Assembly: GCA_965215005.1 (NCBI GenBank)
Contig: CBDCCZ010000003.1
Coordinates: forward strand, 224,001 to 288,000
Length of the DNA stretch: 64,000 nt
From: Kofleriaceae bacterium
Lineage (GTDB): Bacteria > Myxococcota_A > Polyangia > Haliangiales > Haliangiaceae
Direction of reading: 5' to 3'
Each line of letters opens with the position of its first letter. Positions within the stretch are counted from its first letter, which is position 1. The position numbers and the translations under genes are program-made. Of the stretch, positions 38,856-48,295 are shown one piece after another. The notes beneath the pieces were generated by a model that had not been told where the DNA came from, did not search any database, and saw nothing but the letters and a program-made list of their open reading frames with translations.

Positions 38856-40499
38856 ATGGATCGACGCGTAAAGGTATTTCTTCCGGTGCTGGCTGCGGTG
38901 ACGCTGCTCATCGTTAGCACCTACCTAGCCATCGTTTCATCAGCGGCAGTCGAGCGCTTCATGCCAGCGCTCAACGATCCAACACCGCCACTTGCCGCCG
39001 AACCTGCGGTGCTCGAGCCGGCGTCGGCGCCGCTCGCCCAGCGCGTCGTGTTGGTGATCATCGATGGGCTACGACTCACGGAGTCGTATCGGTTGCCGCT
39101 CCTCGACGCGCTTCGCCGCCGCGGCGTCGATACCAGCGCCCAGTCGCACTATCCGACCATCTCCAGACCCAACTACGTCACCATCCTCACCGGCGTGCCG
39201 CCGATTCTCTCCGGCGTACGCAACAACTTCTATTCGCAGCCGGTGCTGCTCGACTCGCTCATGGACCGAGCGGCAGCGACCGGTCGCGGCTCGGCCTTCG
39301 TGGGCGACGCGAGCCACGGTCCCGCGGAAATGTTTCGTGCACGCGCGGCCAACGGCCACTGGCGAGATGACTTCAATGAGGCGCTTTTTACACCGTGGGA
39401 CGGCGGCTTCGTCACCGCGGCACAACACTTGGCTGCAGGCACGAGCGCGCTCGTGGTGATGCTGCCAGGCGCGGTGGACATCGCTGGTCACGCCCGCGGC
39501 GCCGCTTCCGAGGACTATCGCGCCGCCGCTCGCCAGGTGGATGCGCAGCTCGCCGATGCGCTCGCTGGCCTCGATTTCTCGCGCGATGCCGTCATCATCA
39601 CCGCCGATCACGGCCACACCAATCGCGGCGGTCATGGCGGGGTCGAGCCGCAGGTTCTCGAAGTTCCTCTGGTGCTGGCCGGCGCGGGCATTCGCCCAGG
39701 CGCCGCGGTGGTGGGCGCCGAGCTCATCGATATCGCGCCCACTGTCGCGGCGCTGCTCGGTGTTCCGGCTCCTGGACACGGTGTTGGCCGCACCCTCACC
39801 CGCGCGCTTCAGCTCACCGAGCAAGCAGCGGCCCGCATCGAGGCCGCTGACTCGCGTCGCATCGCGAGGAATCTCGCCGTGGCCGACGCCGCTCGAGACG
39901 CGAGCGCAAAACTCGCCAGCAGCGTACGCGTCAAACGTCTGGCGTGGGCCGCTGTGCTCATCGGCCTAGTGATCGTGGCGATCCTTCTCGCGCGACGACT
40001 CGGCGCGCTGTTCATCGACTGGCGGGTCATTCTCATCGCATTGCCGGCGTTCCCACTCACGTACTACGCCTTGCTGGGAATCTTTGGGCAGCAGTACTCA
40101 CCATCGTTCATCCCGATGCCCGGCCGACTCCTCGACAAGCTGCTTCGGTTTGGCCTCATCTCTACCGGCGTCACCGCAATTGCCTGTTGGATAGCGCTGC
40201 ACGGTCGCGTCGTCTTGGCCAAGCGACTGGCGGCCGCCAACGGTCTTGTCGCCTGTGGCTTGGTCACCGCGCTCATTCCAGCCGCCATTGCGTGGATTTC
40301 GCTTCCCACGTCTATCCTGCAGGTTCCCCGACCAGCGCTCTTCATGCTAGTTCCGGCGACCTACGTGGCGGTTGCCTGCTACGCGATCTCGGTGACCGTT
40401 AGCCTAGGGCTCGAGCTCATCGTTTTCTTCGCCCGCGCTGTCGACCCGCGCCTTCACCGCTTCACTCGCTCACGCTGGCGCCGCGACACCTGGCCTTAG
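38856..40499 (+). CDS. Alkaline phosphatase/phosphodiesterase superfamily membrane protein
   Basis: VIIDGLR, PTISRPNY, DIAGH, ITADHG, DIAPT; N-terminal anchor and several C-terminal TM helices. Confidence 0.88.
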   Translation: MDRRVKVFLPVLAAVTLLIVSTYLAIVSSAAVERFMPALNDPTPPLAAEPAVLEPASAPLAQRVVLVIIDGLRLTESYRLPLLDALRRRGVDTSAQSHYPTISRPNYVTILTGVPPILSGVRNNFYSQPVLLDSLMDRAAATGRGSAFVGDASHGPAEMFRARAANGHWRDDFNEALFTPWDGGFVTAAQHLAAGTSALVVMLPGAVDIAGHARGAASEDYRAAARQVDAQLADALAGLDFSRDAVIITADHGHTNRGGHGGVEPQVLEVPLVLAGAGIRPGAAVVGAELIDIAPTVAALLGVPAPGHGVGRTLTRALQLTEQAAARIEAADSRRIARNLAVADAARDASAKLASSVRVKRLAWAAVLIGLVIVAILLARRLGALFIDWRVILIALPAFPLTYYALLGIFGQQYSPSFIPMPGRLLDKLLRFGLISTGVTAIACWIALHGRVVLAKRLAAANGLVACGLVTALIPAAIAWISLPTSILQVPRPALFMLVPATYVAVACYAISVTVSLGLELIVFFARAVDPRLHRFTRSRWRRDTWP

Positions 40500-40501
40500 T
40501 C

Positions 40502-40653
40502 GGCGCTCCGAAACAAATGATCCGTTCTAGGCGACTGTGCATCCGTGCTGGCGGCGTTGCTCTTCGGTCGTTGGGGATGACCCAACTCCCTCAGAGCGCC
40601 TTGCCAGCCCGGCGCACAGACGCCGATCTCCTGACCATTTATTCCTGCGCGCC
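40502..40653 (-). ncRNA. Candidate structured rod-like ncRNA (family unknown)
   Basis: Nested stems across ~150 intergenic nt. A 13-bp stem closes on the minus strand with three G-U pairs, and tandem GA/AG mismatches lie near the apical loop. Confidence 0.55.
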
Positions 40654-40731
40654 TCCTTAGCCCGGTTGAGCTTCGTCGGCTTGCTCGCCAGCGAGCTTCC
40701 GTGAGAGGTTGCTGCTCTCTCGAGGTGGCCG

Positions 40732-43281
40732 ATGCAGCGTGAATTTGCTCTCCCTGGAACTCGTGCGCGGTATCCGCGCGACCGCTCCTTCGATATCGAA
40801 CACATCGATCTCGATCTCGAGCTCGACCTCGAAGCCCGCACGGTGTCGGGCCGCTGCTCGCTTACTGTCACACCGCTTGCCGATGGCGCGCGATGGCTCG
40901 AGCTCGACGCCGTCGAGCTCGACATCCATACGGTGCGCTGTGGCAGCGAAGATCATCACTTTCGCCACGACGGACTGCTGCTGCGCGTCGATGTCGGGGA
41001 GCATCGACCGGGGGGCCAGTCCTTCACCCTCGACGTGACCTACAGCGGGCGGCCGCGGCGCGGGCTCTACTTCATCCATCCCGACGAAGGCTATCCCCAT
41101 AAGCCGGTCCAGGTTTGGAGCCAAGGGCAAGACGAGGACTCGCGCTACTGGTTTCCCTGCTTCGACTCGCCCAACGAGAAAGCCACCAGCGAAGTTCGAG
41201 TCACCCTTCCCGCTGAGTTGTTCGCGTTGTCCAACGGCACCCTGCAAAGCGACACCACTGAGGGTGATCGGCGGACGCTGCACTGGCGTTTCGACGTTCC
41301 GCACTCGTGTTACCTCATCACGCTAGTCGCTGGTCACTTCAGTGAACAAACGGATCGCTGGAATGAGGTCGAGCTTGCCTACTACGTCGAGCGCGGCCGG
41401 GAAGAAGCGTGTCAACGCACCGTGGCGCGAACGCCGCAGATGCTCGAGCTGTTCTCGGATCTGTTCGGAGTTCGCTATCCATATCGGCGCTACTCGCAGG
41501 TGTTCGTCGCCGACTTCATCTTCGGCGGCATGGAGAACACCACCGCCACCACATTGGCCGACGTGGTGCTGCTCGATGAACGCGCCACTATCGACTTCGA
41601 CATGGACTCGCTCATCGCTCACGAGCTAGCCCACCAGTGGTTTGGCGATCTCATCACCTGCCGCGATTGGAGCGAAGGCTGGCTCAACGAAGGCTTTGCT
41701 ACCTACGCTGAATACCTCTGGCGTTACCACCATGAAGGCGCCGACGCGGCCGCCGTCGAGCTGCAGAGCTTCGCCGATCACTACTTTGGCGAAGACTCTT
41801 CGCGCTATCGCCGGGTCTTAGCCACCAAACACTACGACGACCCAATTGATATCTTCGACGCTCATCTTTACGAGAAGGGCGCGCGGGTGCTCCACATGCT
41901 CCGCCGCGAGCTCGGCGATGAAGCCTTCTGGGATGCGATTCGCCACTACTTGACAAAACATCGCGGCGGCTCGGTCGAGACCCGCGATCTGCTCAGAGCC
42001 ATTGAAGACGCCACTGGCCGCGCGCTCGACTGGTTCTTCGAGCAATGGGTCACCGAGAGTCACGGTCACCCGGAGCTGACGGTGGATTTTCGCTGGGACC
42101 CCGAAGCTCGGCTTGGCGAGCTGACAGTGTCGCAGACGCAAAAGGTCGAGGGCCGCACACCGCTGTTTCGGCTGCCCACGCAGCTGCGATTTCGTACCGC
42201 GGCGGGCGATGTCGAGCTGCCGCTCGAGGTTGTCGAGCAGACGCAGACGTTTTTCTTGCCACTCTTCGATGAGCCGCAACAGGCAATTTTCGACCCTGGA
42301 AAGCACCTTCTTGCCCACGTGGTCACGACCAAGTCGCTGCCGCTTTGGATCGCTGAGCTCGGCAACGCCACGGAAGCCATCGACCGAGCCCACGCCGCCA
42401 CCGCCCTCGGCAAGCTCGGAGGACCTCGTGCCGAAGCTGCGCTGGTCGCGGCAATGACCTCAGATGACTTCTGGGCCGTCCGCGCCGCCGCCGCGGAGGC
42501 GCTCAGCCGGGTTCGCACGCCGACCGCGCGCGACGCATTGATCGCCGCTCTCGGCGCCACCCAACATCCCAAAGCGCGCCGCGGAGTCGCCCGCGCCCTC
42601 GGCGCATTTCGCCACGATGAGCGTGCGGCGGCGGCACTCGCCAGCGCCCTAGCCCACGGCGATTCGAGCTACTTCGTCGAAGCCGAGTTGTGCATTTCGC
42701 TCGGCAAGACGCGCAGCCCGCGCGCCGCCGAGCTTCTACGCGCCGCCAGCAATCGCGAATCATTCACCGATGTCATCCGCAGCAGCGCCTACCGCGGCCT
42801 TGCCGAAGCTCGCGACGACAGTGCCATCGAGCTGCTGATCGACGCGAGCCGTTATGGTCGCAATGCCCCTCACGGCCGCCGAGCCGCCATCTCCGCACTT
42901 GCGCAGCTGGTCCGCGGGCGGCGCGATCACGCCGCGGTAGTGGTGCGTGAGCACGTCGAAGAGCTGCTCCATGACGCCGACTTCCGCGTTCAAGCCGCCG
43001 CCATCGAAGCACTCGCCACCATCGGCGATCCAGCCGCCGCGCCGGCAATCAACGCACTCATCGCGCGCGCTCTCGACGGCCGACTACGCCGCCGCGGACG
43101 CGAAGTCGTGCGCGACCTGGACGCTGCACAACCCGCTGGCGAGCAGCTCCAAACCGTGCGTGATCACCTCGAAACCATGCAGACGGAGCTCCGGCAAGTG
43201 CGCGAACGCATGGCACGCGCCGAAGCCGAGCTCGAGCAGCTGCGCCGCAGAAAATCAAAGAAGAAGAAGAGCAAGAAGTAA
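40732..43281 (+). CDS. pepN: M1 family aminopeptidase N with C-terminal HEAT repeats and coiled-coil tail
   Basis: WFPCFDSPNEKAT, GGMEN, HELAHQWFG...WLNEGFA, YEKGARVLHML; HEAT-like repeats; Lys-rich end. Confidence 0.93.
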   Translation: MQREFALPGTRARYPRDRSFDIEHIDLDLELDLEARTVSGRCSLTVTPLADGARWLELDAVELDIHTVRCGSEDHHFRHDGLLLRVDVGEHRPGGQSFTLDVTYSGRPRRGLYFIHPDEGYPHKPVQVWSQGQDEDSRYWFPCFDSPNEKATSEVRVTLPAELFALSNGTLQSDTTEGDRRTLHWRFDVPHSCYLITLVAGHFSEQTDRWNEVELAYYVERGREEACQRTVARTPQMLELFSDLFGVRYPYRRYSQVFVADFIFGGMENTTATTLADVVLLDERATIDFDMDSLIAHELAHQWFGDLITCRDWSEGWLNEGFATYAEYLWRYHHEGADAAAVELQSFADHYFGEDSSRYRRVLATKHYDDPIDIFDAHLYEKGARVLHMLRRELGDEAFWDAIRHYLTKHRGGSVETRDLLRAIEDATGRALDWFFEQWVTESHGHPELTVDFRWDPEARLGELTVSQTQKVEGRTPLFRLPTQLRFRTAAGDVELPLEVVEQTQTFFLPLFDEPQQAIFDPGKHLLAHVVTTKSLPLWIAELGNATEAIDRAHAATALGKLGGPRAEAALVAAMTSDDFWAVRAAAAEALSRVRTPTARDALIAALGATQHPKARRGVARALGAFRHDERAAAALASALAHGDSSYFVEAELCISLGKTRSPRAAELLRAASNRESFTDVIRSSAYRGLAEARDDSAIELLIDASRYGRNAPHGRRAAISALAQLVRGRRDHAAVVVREHVEELLHDADFRVQAAAIEALATIGDPAAAPAINALIARALDGRLRRRGREVVRDLDAAQPAGEQLQTVRDHLETMQTELRQVRERMARAEAELEQLRRRKSKKKKSKK

Positions 43282-43324
43282 CGCTGGCACGTGCTTCGCG
43301 AAGTAGCGCTGGCACGCGCTTCGC
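43275..43324 (+). promoter_or_regulatory. 25-bp tandem duplication, each unit carrying a sigma54-like -24/-12 element
   Basis: GAAGTAACGCTGGCACGTGCTTCGC and GAAGTAGCGCTGGCACGCGCTTCGC (23/25 identical); both contain TGGCACG-N4-TCGC. Confidence 0.6.
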
Positions 43325-43337
43325 AAAGACGACGGCA

Positions 43338-43505
43338 ATGGACATCCTTCGGATCATCATCGCCATCCTCTTGCCGCCACTGGGCGTCTTCATGCAGGAG
43401 CGCCTCAGCAAACATTTTTGGCTCAACGTCCTGCTGACCCTGCTCGGCTACATCCCCGGCATCATCCACGCCGTCTACGTCATCTTGAAATACGAGCGCC
43501 GCTAG
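43338..43505 (+). CDS. yqaE: YqaE/Pmp3 family small membrane protein (55 aa)
   Basis: Not in the ORF track; hand translation MDILRIIIAILLPPLGVFMQERLSKHFWLNVLLTLLGYIPGIIHAVYVILKYERR. Confidence 0.93.
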   Translation: MDILRIIIAILLPPLGVFMQERLSKHFWLNVLLTLLGYIPGIIHAVYVILKYERR

Positions 43506-43663
43506 TCCCGTCAACACCGCGGGGTTTCCGGAAATCGTGCACCGATCGAGCCGGATTGCTACAGCCGCGATTTCGGTGCCTCGCAACTCGCGACGGCCAA
43601 GGCTTCCTCGTCACTTGTGAAGCTATACCGCCGACGCGCACGATCGCGAGACGACAGCGACAC

Positions 43664-43978
43664 TCAGGTCAGTGTTCCTCGGAGCCAGCATATAGCGCTC
43701 TCGACCAGCTCGCACAGTGGGATGCTCTCCCAATCTTCGGGTGCTGCGGGTGCTTCGCCGAAGCCGAACTCGACAATCGGACTCACCCTCTTCAGTTCAA
43801 CTACTTCGTCCGAGTCCGTCAGAACTCGATTCAGCACCACGTATAAAAAGCTCGCTGTCGCTTCCTCTTCCGCATCCGACGCCACCGCTAACCAGCGCTC
43901 CAAGAACGTCGCCACGGCCTTGCATGTCGGCGGCCGATACCTCGTCGCGGCCGCAATGGTCGACTCGAGGCGCGTCAT
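43664..43978 (-). CDS. Small hypothetical protein
   Basis: Acidic/hydrophobic ORF from MTRLESTIAAA in a lower-GC patch; no recognised family. Confidence 0.4.
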   Translation of the reverse strand: MTRLESTIAAATRYRPPTCKAVATFLERWLAVASDAEEEATASFLYVVLNRVLTDSDEVVELKRVSPIVEFGFGEAPAAPEDWESIPLCELVESAICWLRGTLT

Positions 43979-44346
43979 AAATACGACGACTTCGTGTGTC
44001 TTGCCCGCAAATCCGATAGGGGGGCTCCATTCTCTATTAGGGGACGAACCCATGAAACAGCTCCCTGATGTGATCCTCGAACTCCCGGAGCAAGTGACGT
44101 GGATTTCACAGTCTTACCGATCGACGGCCCCATGCCTTGACGTGCAGGAGAGATGCGCTTCGTGTGCACGGAGCGATACAACATACTCTGACCGTCTCCG
44201 CGCGGTCTGCGGCTCACGGTTCTCCCCGCGGGAGTCCGTGTACGCTGCATCGACGCATTTAGGTCTGTGCTCATCGATGCATTGAACCGACTGGCCCGTC
44301 CGCTACGCCTCCCTTGCGGCACTGAGATGCCCGGGTGTCGCTGCAG

Positions 44347-44697
44347 CTAGCGCGTTTCGTCTGAACGCGATTGCCAGCAAGACATGCAGAGCGTGACACC
44401 CGCCTCGCCGAGGCGCCTCATGTCCTGCGCAGACAGTTCCAGATTGCACTGCTCATCATACTCATAGAGCAGCCAGACTGTGATGTCGTTGCGCGTCACG
44501 CCCAGCCTCTCCAAACAGGTGAAGCGGCCTTCAAGGAGATTCATGAACACGTCCACGAACGGTATCGGCTCATCATCAGCGCGCTGGTCAAGAAACCAAT
44601 TCCACTCTCGCGTATCGTCGGACGATTCGCGGCCCAGCACGTGAGCCACCTCGGCACGTGCTGCGTTCGCAATGCGAAGGATATAGTTGTACCGCAC
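44347..44697 (-). CDS. Small hypothetical protein (DUF4279/immunity-protein-like)
   Basis: AGGAG RBS before GTG; C-terminal YEYDEQCNLELSAQDMRRLGEAGVTLCMSCW. The family call is tentative. Confidence 0.6.
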   Translation of the reverse strand: MRYNYILRIANAARAEVAHVLGRESSDDTREWNWFLDQRADDEPIPFVDVFMNLLEGRFTCLERLGVTRNDITVWLLYEYDEQCNLELSAQDMRRLGEAGVTLCMSCWQSRSDETR

Positions 44698-44930
44698 GCG
44701 CGTCGCTCCTAACCTTGGAGCCGGCTTACCGCCGGCAGCTTTACCCTCTAGCGTTGTTCAAGCAGTTGCGTTCCGAAGCCTCGCGTCCTCGGACAGACTC
44801 CATAGAGTCGTCATGAACGCGCAGCTGTCGTCCTTTCTCTCACGGCGCCCACTCAAAGCCGAAGGTCGGTCCCGCAGAAATGGAGCTGATTTTTTCGACC
44901 TGCTATCAGGAGACGTCGTCGCGGCGTTGC

Positions 44931-47900
44931 TCACGTCGGCGGCCAGAGCGGCCAGGAGGTTTCTGTCCAATTGGCAGCTTCGGCTTGTAGCTTGGCGCGC
45001 AAGATGTCGATGCTCGGCCGCGCTGCTGGATCGGTGCGCAATGCGGTGGCCAGAATTCTGGCTAGGTTGGTGAGCGGCGGTGGGGCGCCCGCTATGGTTG
45101 GGAGGACGTCGCCGCGGCGATGGGCTGCTATCACGGCGGCTGGTGTGTCGCCGGCGCAGGCGACGCGATTGGTGAGCACTTCCCAGGCAACGCAGGCAAA
45201 GGCGTAGACATCTGCGGCGCTCGGTGCAGTCGCCACCGCGCCGGACCAGATTTCGGGGGCGCCGTACTGCAGCGTTGCGCAGCCTGGGCGCAGGTTGCGC
45301 CCGGCCAAGCCGAAGTCGACCAATACGGGCTGATCGAGGGCATCGCCGCGCAGGACGACGTTGCTCGGTTTTACATCTAGGTGCGCGATGTCGGCGGCGT
45401 GCATCGCACGCAGACCCGCGGCAACGCCATCAAGCAGCGCGAAGGCCGAGGCGGTCGTGAAGAGCTGCTCTTCCAACGCCGCTTGCAGGGTTCGGCCGGC
45501 GATGAGCTCCATGACGAGAATCGGCTTGGGGCGCGCGCCGGCGTCGAAGGTGATGAATCGCGCCAGATGCGGATGCTCGGGGAGCGCGAGCAAGGCGCCG
45601 GCTTCCTGGCGAAACATGCGCGAAAACTCGGCTTCCGAAAGGGTGTGCGCGACGGCGCCGACGTACTCGGGCACTTTGAGCGCAAACGTTTCCGCACGCG
45701 GATCATGGCGCTCCTCGGCGCGCCGAGCTGCAAAGACCGTCCCCACAGCGCCGCCACCGAGGGGCTCGAGCAGGTAGAAGCCGCCGATGATTCGGCTCGG
45801 AGGCACCCACGAAGCCAGCCGCGCGGTGCCTCCGGTGCCGCTGCGCATCGTGGGCTCTTGCACGACGCTGGCGTTGGTCACGGTGGCGGGCAGCTCGAGT
45901 AGGCGCTGAAGATCGCGCCCGATGGCGTCTGCAAAAGGCGGCGGCAGCTCGCGGCGCAGCGCACTCAGTGCCTGCTGCGCAACGTCGGGAAGCTCACACA
46001 CCTGCCCGCGCAGACGACGCTCGAGTGTCCATCCAAGGCGTTGCAGTGCTGCCGCCGCGCGCGGGGCCGCATCGCCCGTAGACTGGCCCAAACGGCGTCG
46101 CGCGCCCATCGCGAGCCGCGCCAAGCGACTCACGGCCTCGGCGAGCTCGGCGAGAAATCGCCCACTGGCGACTGCGCGCAACTGCGCGAGGCTGTGCGCT
46201 TGGGCGAGCACCGCCAGCGCCATCGAGGTGCGCACCAGCGCCAGTCGCAACGCCTCGACTCGCGCCGCGGTTGCTGCCGGCAGTGCGTCGGCGATAGCGC
46301 GCAACCCCAGCGCGCTACCCATCGGGTCCGCCGCCCGCACCAGCTTCGCTAGTGCCGCAATGCTGCTTTCGAGCGCGGGTTGCATGCTCGCTTCGGCCAA
46401 GATGTCGAGCTGCTCGCAACGTGCGGCGCGATCACTTACCACAAGCAATACATCTGACACTTCGCACAGCTCCTCGCGAATCATCGCGTCGGCAGTGCGC
46501 GCCAGTGCAGCCCACACGGTGCGCTCGAAGCGTGAATGACTCTCTCGCGGCGCTCGCGCTAGCAGAACATTCCAGCTCGCGATGCGTCGCGCCAGCCGTG
46601 GCGCTTCGGCAGGAGCAGCATAGCCGTCGGCGTCGATCACGTGCAGCAGCGTGCGCAAGGCGCGCCTGTGCATCACCGCGCGCTGCGCCTCGGCCGGCGG
46701 CGGATCGCGCTCGCGCTCGAGCAAGCAGTGGGTAACGTGCTCGAAGACCCCGGCGAGGCTCGCATTGGCTTCGTCCTCCCCCTTCGCGCGCGTTGCGGCC
46801 AATAGATCGAAGAGTATCGCGGTTTCAAACACGTTATGATCGAGCTCTCGCAACGCGAGGAACGCCGCGCCCTCATCCCCAATGGTCACCGCTTCCTGCA
46901 GCGCCGCCGCCGCCGCGCCGGCCAGCTGCACGGCACGCTCGGTCGCGGGCCTCGCAGCAGCGACACCGCCCCGCGCAAATTCCTCCAGCGCCTCGCGCAG
47001 CGCCCCCGCCAAACCGGGCTTCGACGCGGCGGTGAGCTCGTACTCGAGCGACTCTCGCAGCGCCGCCAATCCAGCATCGGTGGCACGTGGGCGGCTCGCC
47101 AGATGCGTTTGCGCCAGCTGTCGCGCAGCTGCAAACGCTGGCGCTGCGCACTCCCCTGCAATCTCGACCAACGCTTCGATCGCGCTCAAGCCGCCGCAAG
47201 AAATCAGCAGTTGCGCCAGCGTCTGGGCCGCCTCAGGCTCGGCATCGGCGACGGCGACAAGCCCGAACATCGCGGCACCAGCGAGGCCGCGATCGCTTCG
47301 CGGGGTCGCAAACAGCACTCGGGCCTGGGCAATGGCGTGCTCGGGCTCAAACGCCGCACTGGCTATCAGCGAGGCAGCCGCGCGGCGCCATTGCGTGGCA
47401 TCCAGCGCGGGGTCGAGATCGCGCTCGACCTCGGCGGCTTGGGTGCCATCGACCGCCATGAGCGAGCCACGCGCGGCGGCAACGTGGCGCCAAACCAGTG
47501 GCTCGCGGTCGGCTAGCAGTCGTCGCCATGCTCCTGGAACGCCGCCGGCTTCGAAAACGAGCAGCGCGCCATCGTCTCCGAGACGAGCGCGGCGAGCCGC
47601 CTGCCGTGCGGCGCGCTCGATGAGCAAGGCCGCCAACCGTCGGGCCGGCAGCGAACCCGTGGCGGGACCGGTGACCCACTCGCGGGCGAGCTCGCGGCGG
47701 CTCAGGAGCGCCAACGCCAAGGCATCCACGGCGGCGCCAAGCGCTGCCGGCAGTCGCAGCGCCAACGCAATGCGCGCCCGCATTGGCTCGCTGGAAAGCG
47801 CGCGACCTGAGCTCGCAGCCATCGCGGTGGCAACCGCGACGAAGGTGGTCGCATCGCCATGTTGCATCGCTTCGAGCACCCGGCGACCGAGCTCGCGTTT

Positions 47901-48182
47901 CTCGCCACTGCGCGGCAACGCGGCAGCAAGCTCAAAGAGCGCCGCCGTAGCGGCTGGCGCGCTTAGCCACTCGAGCTCGCTCAACAGACCGCGTTGCATC
48001 GCCGCGCGCACCCCGAGGAGCAGCGCCTCGGGGCGCAATCCCTCGAGCGGCACCGGGTGTTGCTCCGCGGCCAACGCCGCCAGAGTCGCCATGGCTTGTC
48101 GCCATACCGCGCGCTGACGGGTATCGTCTTCGATCTGGCCAAGCTCGGCGAGCCCGGCCAAATACTGCTGCGCATCGCTCAT
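44931..48182 (-). CDS. Large helical-repeat protein with C-terminal Ser/Thr kinase domain
   Basis: ~790 aa Ala/Leu/Arg-rich helical region, then LGGGAVGTV, FALKVP, HLDVKPSN, VDFGLAG, YGAPE, ADVYAF. Confidence 0.88.
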   Translation of the reverse strand: MSDAQQYLAGLAELGQIEDDTRQRAVWRQAMATLAALAAEQHPVPLEGLRPEALLLGVRAAMQRGLLSELEWLSAPAATAALFELAAALPRSGEKRELGRRVLEAMQHGDATTFVAVATAMAASSGRALSSEPMRARIALALRLPAALGAAVDALALALLSRRELAREWVTGPATGSLPARRLAALLIERAARQAARRARLGDDGALLVFEAGGVPGAWRRLLADREPLVWRHVAAARGSLMAVDGTQAAEVERDLDPALDATQWRRAAASLIASAAFEPEHAIAQARVLFATPRSDRGLAGAAMFGLVAVADAEPEAAQTLAQLLISCGGLSAIEALVEIAGECAAPAFAAARQLAQTHLASRPRATDAGLAALRESLEYELTAASKPGLAGALREALEEFARGGVAAARPATERAVQLAGAAAAALQEAVTIGDEGAAFLALRELDHNVFETAILFDLLAATRAKGEDEANASLAGVFEHVTHCLLERERDPPPAEAQRAVMHRRALRTLLHVIDADGYAAPAEAPRLARRIASWNVLLARAPRESHSRFERTVWAALARTADAMIREELCEVSDVLLVVSDRAARCEQLDILAEASMQPALESSIAALAKLVRAADPMGSALGLRAIADALPAATAARVEALRLALVRTSMALAVLAQAHSLAQLRAVASGRFLAELAEAVSRLARLAMGARRRLGQSTGDAAPRAAAALQRLGWTLERRLRGQVCELPDVAQQALSALRRELPPPFADAIGRDLQRLLELPATVTNASVVQEPTMRSGTGGTARLASWVPPSRIIGGFYLLEPLGGGAVGTVFAARRAEERHDPRAETFALKVPEYVGAVAHTLSEAEFSRMFRQEAGALLALPEHPHLARFITFDAGARPKPILVMELIAGRTLQAALEEQLFTTASAFALLDGVAAGLRAMHAADIAHLDVKPSNVVLRGDALDQPVLVDFGLAGRNLRPGCATLQYGAPEIWSGAVATAPSAADVYAFACVAWEVLTNRVACAGDTPAAVIAAHRRGDVLPTIAGAPPPLTNLARILATALRTDPAARPSIDILRAKLQAEAANWTETSWPLWPPT

Positions 48183-48295
48183 CGGCAACGCCAGTGTATC
48201 GCGGCGCCGACGGCAGAACGTGCGAAGCTCGACTCGATGCCTTCTTCGCAGCTCGCCGCGTCTTCACCGCTCACATGGCAGTACACTCTTTGAGC

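Noticed and set aside
40502..40653. SRP RNA, attC site or simple terminator reading of the long hairpin
   Set aside because: No SRP GGAA loop motif, no RYYYAAC/GTTRRRY pair at the ends, and far longer than a terminator with no U tract; kept as an unknown ncRNA candidate.
44700..44720. GTTAGGA as an integron core site
   Set aside because: Does not fit GTTRRRY, no integrase is present, and it is better explained as the AGGAG RBS of the 44697 ORF.
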